Under the pieces are notes generated by a model. That model ran no database searches. It saw nothing but the letters and a program-made list of their open reading frames with translations, and was not told the origin of the DNA. The position numbers were made by a program, and so were the translations under genes. From Flavobacteriaceae bacterium (lineage in GTDB: Bacteria; Bacteroidota; Bacteroidia; Flavobacteriales; Flavobacteriaceae): a stretch of DNA of 32,000 nt. This document shows positions 28,457 to 32,000 of this stretch, piece by piece (position 1 is the first letter of the stretch; every line of letters starts with the position of its first letter). The DNA is taken from positions 1,710,001 through 1,742,000 of the forward strand of contig OZ245049.1 of NCBI GenBank assembly GCA_965224465.1. Reading direction: 5' to 3'.

Positions 28457-28807
28457 ATGAAACACATAGCATCTATTTACTTACTCATTTGTTTTTTCTC
28501 TTGTAAAGAAAAAGAGCTTAATTATTATCATGGAGTTATTGTTGACAAAAATTTAATTCCTATTTTAGGTGTTACTGTTAAAACAGATTATGCTGATTCT
28601 GTATATACAAAAACAACAAAAAACGGTTATTTCAAATTACCAAGAAAAGCCAATAGATATGGAAGTTTAGTTTTAAAAAAAAAAGGATATAAAACGGATA
28701 CCGTAAGGACTATATGGACTCAAAGCGGTGAATTTATAGACTATAGTTTTATTAATAATAAAATAGACACCGTATTATTAATAAAAACAACGGCATACAA
28801 TAACTAA
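28457..28807 (+). CDS. small lipoprotein, putative orphan immunity protein (CarboxypepD_reg-like pattern)
   Basis: MKHIASIYLLICFFSC lipobox. YHGVIVDKNLIPILGVTVKTDYADSVYTKTTKNGYFKLPRKANRYGSLVLKKKGYKTDTV is a classic CarboxypepD_reg-like signature. It is preceded by a ~25-bp degenerate remnant of the effector 3' end (TTGCCACACAAAATTAGAATTAAAATGA vs TGGCTCACTAAATTAGAATTAAAATGA). Confidence 0.6.
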   Translation: MKHIASIYLLICFFSCKEKELNYYHGVIVDKNLIPILGVTVKTDYADSVYTKTTKNGYFKLPRKANRYGSLVLKKKGYKTDTVRTIWTQSGEFIDYSFINNKIDTVLLIKTTAYNN

Positions 28808-28826
28808 CAGCAACATACATAATACA

Positions 28827-28982
28827 ATACCAATACTAAACAACCGATATAAATAGTTGATTTCACGTTATAGCGTTGTTAAAAAACAGAACCATAGCTA
28901 AGGCTATCCATCCATTTTTCACCTAGCTAAAACAACAAACAACTCCATTTCTAAACCGTTACTTGGAAATGCAGTTGGTATA
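28827..28982 (+). repeat. MITE-like dispersed repeat, copy H
   Basis: Starts ATACCAATACTAAACAACCGATATAAATAG and ends CCGTTACTTGGAAATGCAGTTGGTATA. It marks the right edge of the island. Confidence 0.75.
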
Positions 28983-28990
28983 AGATGCGC

Positions 28991-29046
28991 GTATTGAGGT
29001 CTGAGTTTTTTAAATAGTATATCTTTTAAAACTCAGTCCTCAATAC
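28991..29046. terminator. long hairpin between the island and the recQ 3' end (possible bidirectional terminator)
   Basis: 19-bp arms GTATTGAGGTCTGAGTTTT / AAAACTCAGTCCTCAATAC (1 mismatch). On the plus strand it is followed by TTTATTTTTTT, and it ends 1 nt before the recQ stop codon. Confidence 0.55.
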
Positions 29047-29047
29047 T

Positions 29048-31144
29048 TTATTTTTTTGCCAATATAGCCAAGGACATCCTTATAGTAGTATAGCCAATTT
29101 TATCTTCAAAAAACTCATAATAAGGTTTTAACAAATCAGGATTCCCGAGTTTTTCCTTAGCAATTCTTACTTTTTCCACCTCTTCCTTTGTTACAAAATC
29201 GTACAAATCAACAGCTTTTCCGTCCGCAAATAATTTAGCAATATGAGAATACACGGTCACAGGATTTAATCCACGCTGATCCGAAATCTCATCCACAGAC
29301 AAACCTTTTTTATACAAGCGAAAAGTTTCATCAAAAGTGTTCTTCTTTTTTGGTTTCTGCCGTATAAATTTAGTAATTTCAGCTATAAATTCATCACCAT
29401 AAACTTCCAATTTACGCTGCCCTACTCCACTTATATCTAAAAAATCTGCATCACACATAGGTCTTGCACGATCCATTTCTTTTAAGGTAGCATCACTAAA
29501 CACTAAATAGGCAGGAATCCCCTCATCGGTCGCAATTTTAAAACGCAGTTTTTTCAAAACATCAAACAATGTAGACGATTTACCTGTAACTTTAGGTAGT
29601 TTCTTTACTGTTCTTTTTGCGATTTTCTTTAAATCTACAGGTTTAGTCAAACTAACTTTTTGCCCATTATAAAGTACTTTTTTAGAAAACGCTGTCAATT
29701 GCAAGGCGTTGTGTTTATGAAATGCTATTTCACACAAACCCAAATTAGTCAATTGAATAAGATACTGTTGCCAATCTTTCCAAGAGATTTCGTTTCCTAT
29801 GCCGTAGGATTTTAGCTGATCATACCCTTTGTCCAAAACAGTGGCATTTTTAGCCCCACGAAGTACATCTACAATAGTTCCCACTGCTTCCTTCTCCTTT
29901 ACCCTATATATCACAGACAATGCTTTTTGAGCAATTACAGTACCGTCAAAAATCTGCGGAGGATTTTTACATACGTCGCAGTTTCCACAATTTCCAGACA
30001 ACTCACCAAAATAACTTAACAGTAAAATTCGACGACATGTGGTGGCTTCAGAAAACTGCTTCATTCTTTCAAGTTTCGCTACTTGCACATCCGCATTGCT
30101 AGCCCCTTCCGTAAATTTTCTCAATTGAATCACATCTGCATAACTATGAAAAAGCAAGGCGTGAGATTTTAAGCCATCGCGCCCCGCTCTCCCAATTTCT
30201 TGATAATACCCTTCGATATTTTTAGGCATATTATAATGAATCACCCAACGCACATTCGATTTATCTATTCCCATTCCAAAGGCAACTGTTGCACACACAA
30301 TCTGAATTTCATCAAAAATAAAATCCTCCTGCACCTGCGTTCTATCATCAAAAGACATTCCTGCATGATACGCCGCTGCATTGATTCCGTTTTTATCTAA
30401 TTTAGCTGCCAATTGCTCGGTAGACTTACGGCTCAAACAATAAATAATCCCAGAATCTCCAGGTCTTTTATTCACAAATCGAACTATTTGACCAATTCTA
30501 TCATCAGCAGTTCTCACTTCGATTTCAATGTTTTTACGATCAAATGATGAAATAAAAATAGGCGCATTTGGAATACTTAATTGATCCAAAATATCTTTCC
30601 GAGTCGCTTTATCGGCGGTAGCAGTCAGCGCTATGATAGGAATCTTAGGCATGCTGCGTTTAAAAAAACCCAACTGTTGATATGAAGGTCTAAAATCGTG
30701 TCCCCAAGAAGAAATACAATGGGCTTCGTCGATAGCAATGCAGCTGATAAATTCTTCTTTTAAAATATTTTGCAAGAGCGATAAACTCTCAGGAGCTACA
30801 TACAATAGTTTTAAATCGTGCTTTAAAATTCGTTCAAAAATATCGGATTGATCCTCGTGATCCTGACTACTGTTATAATACGCAGCAGGAATCCCATTGG
30901 CATTTAGACCATCTACCTGATCCTTCATCAAGGCTATTAACGGAGAAATCACTAACGTAAGTCCTTTAAAAATCATGGCAGGCAACTGAAAACAAATAGA
31001 TTTTCCGCCCCCCGTAGGCATGATAACCAAAGCGTCTTCCCCTTTTAAAACAGATTCGATAATCACTTTTTGTTGGTCACGAAAAGTATCATACCCAAAA
31101 TATTTTTTTAATGTTTCTTCTAAAACTCCCTCGGTGTACTGCAT
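29048..31144 (-). CDS. recQ: ATP-dependent DNA helicase RecQ
   Basis: 698 aa. Motifs: FGYDTFRDQQ, MPTGGGKS, DEAHCISSWGHDFRPSY, TATA, AFGMGIDK and GRAGRDG. It also has a zinc-binding Cys cluster (CGNCDVC) and a C-terminal HRDC-like region. Confidence 0.95.
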   Translation of the reverse strand: MQYTEGVLEETLKKYFGYDTFRDQQKVIIESVLKGEDALVIMPTGGGKSICFQLPAMIFKGLTLVISPLIALMKDQVDGLNANGIPAAYYNSSQDHEDQSDIFERILKHDLKLLYVAPESLSLLQNILKEEFISCIAIDEAHCISSWGHDFRPSYQQLGFFKRSMPKIPIIALTATADKATRKDILDQLSIPNAPIFISSFDRKNIEIEVRTADDRIGQIVRFVNKRPGDSGIIYCLSRKSTEQLAAKLDKNGINAAAYHAGMSFDDRTQVQEDFIFDEIQIVCATVAFGMGIDKSNVRWVIHYNMPKNIEGYYQEIGRAGRDGLKSHALLFHSYADVIQLRKFTEGASNADVQVAKLERMKQFSEATTCRRILLLSYFGELSGNCGNCDVCKNPPQIFDGTVIAQKALSVIYRVKEKEAVGTIVDVLRGAKNATVLDKGYDQLKSYGIGNEISWKDWQQYLIQLTNLGLCEIAFHKHNALQLTAFSKKVLYNGQKVSLTKPVDLKKIAKRTVKKLPKVTGKSSTLFDVLKKLRFKIATDEGIPAYLVFSDATLKEMDRARPMCDADFLDISGVGQRKLEVYGDEFIAEITKFIRQKPKKKNTFDETFRLYKKGLSVDEISDQRGLNPVTVYSHIAKLFADGKAVDLYDFVTKEEVEKVRIAKEKLGNPDLLKPYYEFFEDKIGYTTIRMSLAILAKK

Positions 31145-31163
31145 GGGTCAAAAATAAACAAAT

Positions 31164-31194
31164 AAAAGCCGTTCTAAAGAATAGAACGGCTTTT
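31164..31194. terminator. hairpin terminator downstream of asnB / upstream of recQ
   Basis: AAAAGCCGTTCT / AGAACGGCTTTT 12-bp arms with a 7-nt loop, flanked by A/T runs on both sides. Confidence 0.7.
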
Positions 31195-31231
31195 ATTATA
31201 CAGTATTGAACATTAAAATACTATCTAGATT

Positions 31232-32000
31232 TTAGTAAGCATCATCATGCACAGAGGCGATGGCTCTTCCAGATGGATCATTCATGTTTTTAAAACTCTC
31301 ATCCCATTCCAATGCTATTTTTGTACTACAGGCAACAGAAGCTTCTTGCGGTACGCTTTTAGCCGCTGTATCTGAGGGGAAATGTCCTGCAAAAATGCTA
31401 CGGTAATAATATTCTTCTTTTGACGTAGGAGGTTGAATAGGGAATCTATAATGAGCATTTTCTAATTGTTCATCCGTCACTTCTTTCTCTACTACTACCT
31501 TTAAAGTATCAATCCAACTATAACCAACTCCATCAGAAAATTGTTCTTTCTGTCTCCAAGCGACACTTTTTGGCAAGTACTTTTCAAAAGCTTTACGAAT
31601 CACCCATTTCTCCATACGCTCTCCATTGATCATTTTATCTTGAGGATTCATACGCATTGCTACATCCATAAATTCTTTATCTAAGAACGGCACACGTCCT
31701 TCGATCCCCCATGAAGCCAATGATTTGTTTGCTCTTAAACAATCGTACATGTGTAATTTACTCAATTTACGAACGGTTTCTTCATGAAATTCCTTTGCAT
31801 TTGGGGCTTTATGGAAATATAAATAACCACCAAATAACTCATCTGCCCCTTCACCTGACAAGACCATTTTTACGCCCATTGATTTTATTACACGTGCCAA
31901 CAAATACATGGGAGTAGAAGCTCTAATTGTGGTAACATCATAGGTTTCTATATTATAAATCACATCCTTAATAGCATCTAAGCCTTCCTGAATTGTAAAT
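31232..32000 (-). CDS. asnB: asparagine synthase (glutamine-hydrolysing), C-terminal part; 5' end beyond the window
   Basis: The reading frame stays open to base 32000 (FTIQEGLDAIKDVIYNIETYDVTTIRASTPMYLLARVIKS.GVKMVLSGEGADELFGGYLYFHKAP...). This is the conserved AsnB synthetase domain. Confidence 0.9.
   Translation of the reverse strand, partial: FTIQEGLDAIKDVIYNIETYDVTTIRASTPMYLLARVIKSMGVKMVLSGEGADELFGGYLYFHKAPNAKEFHEETVRKLSKLHMYDCLRANKSLASWGIEGRVPFLDKEFMDVAMRMNPQDKMINGERMEKWVIRKAFEKYLPKSVAWRQKEQFSDGVGYSWIDTLKVVVEKEVTDEQLENAHYRFPIQPPTSKEEYYYRSIFAGHFPSDTAAKSVPQEASVACSTKIALEWDESFKNMNDPSGRAIASVHDDAY

Noticed and set aside
5115-28982. Whether the recurring ~160-bp repeats could be a CRISPR array
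   Set aside because: The units are far longer than CRISPR repeats. They are separated by kilobases of genes rather than regular 30-40-bp spacers. They carry terminal inverted repeats, and no cas genes are present.
20181-28982. Diversity-generating retroelement or invertase-driven shufflon as the explanation for the repeated effector segments
   Set aside because: There is no reverse transcriptase and no site-specific recombinase or invertase gene in or next to the island. All fragments are in the same orientation. The variants differ throughout rather than at adenine-specific positions.

Overview
AT-rich chromosomal segment that looks like Bacteroidota/Flavobacteriia, judging by DUF4136, DUF4197 and DUF5522-type genes, a Bacteroidetes-type TssD/Hcp-like protein, no Shine-Dalgarno sites and TAnnTTTG-like -7 boxes. 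Bases 1-20172 and 29048-32000 are ordinary housekeeping DNA. They hold a PAS hybrid sensor kinase and a second PAS/kinase-like gene, then a biotin-dependent acyl-CoA carboxylase operon (BCCP, biotin carboxylase, PccB-like carboxyltransferase). Next come a frameshifted Cof-type HAD hydrolase, an IS1595-family insertion, clpS, prmA, tpiA, pyrF and a BtuF-like binding protein. Three small DUF genes follow, then a fused B12-dependent mutase (IcmF-like), and at the far end recQ and the 3' part of asnB. The unusual part is an accessory island at about 20.18-28.98 kb between icmF and recQ. It contains one intact three-gene operon: an Hcp/TssD-like tube protein, a 429-aa protein with a C-terminal HExxH metallopeptidase-like domain, and an overlapping small membrane protein. 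Around this operon lie at least four 5'-truncated paralogous C-terminal fragments of the HExxH gene. Each fragment is followed, through the same ATGA stop/start overlap, by its own small lipoprotein gene. This is the layout of a polymorphic effector/immunity locus with orphan cassettes. The island also carries an IS30-family element and a duplicated promoter-leader. Three of the lipoprotein genes have poly-A frameshifts. A previously unnamed ~160-bp dispersed repeat with ~25-bp terminal inverted repeats occurs 8 times in the window, always in the same orientation. Several copies sit exactly at the truncation or deletion junctions of the effector paralogues. All functional calls come from motif and family recognition by eye; no database search was run.
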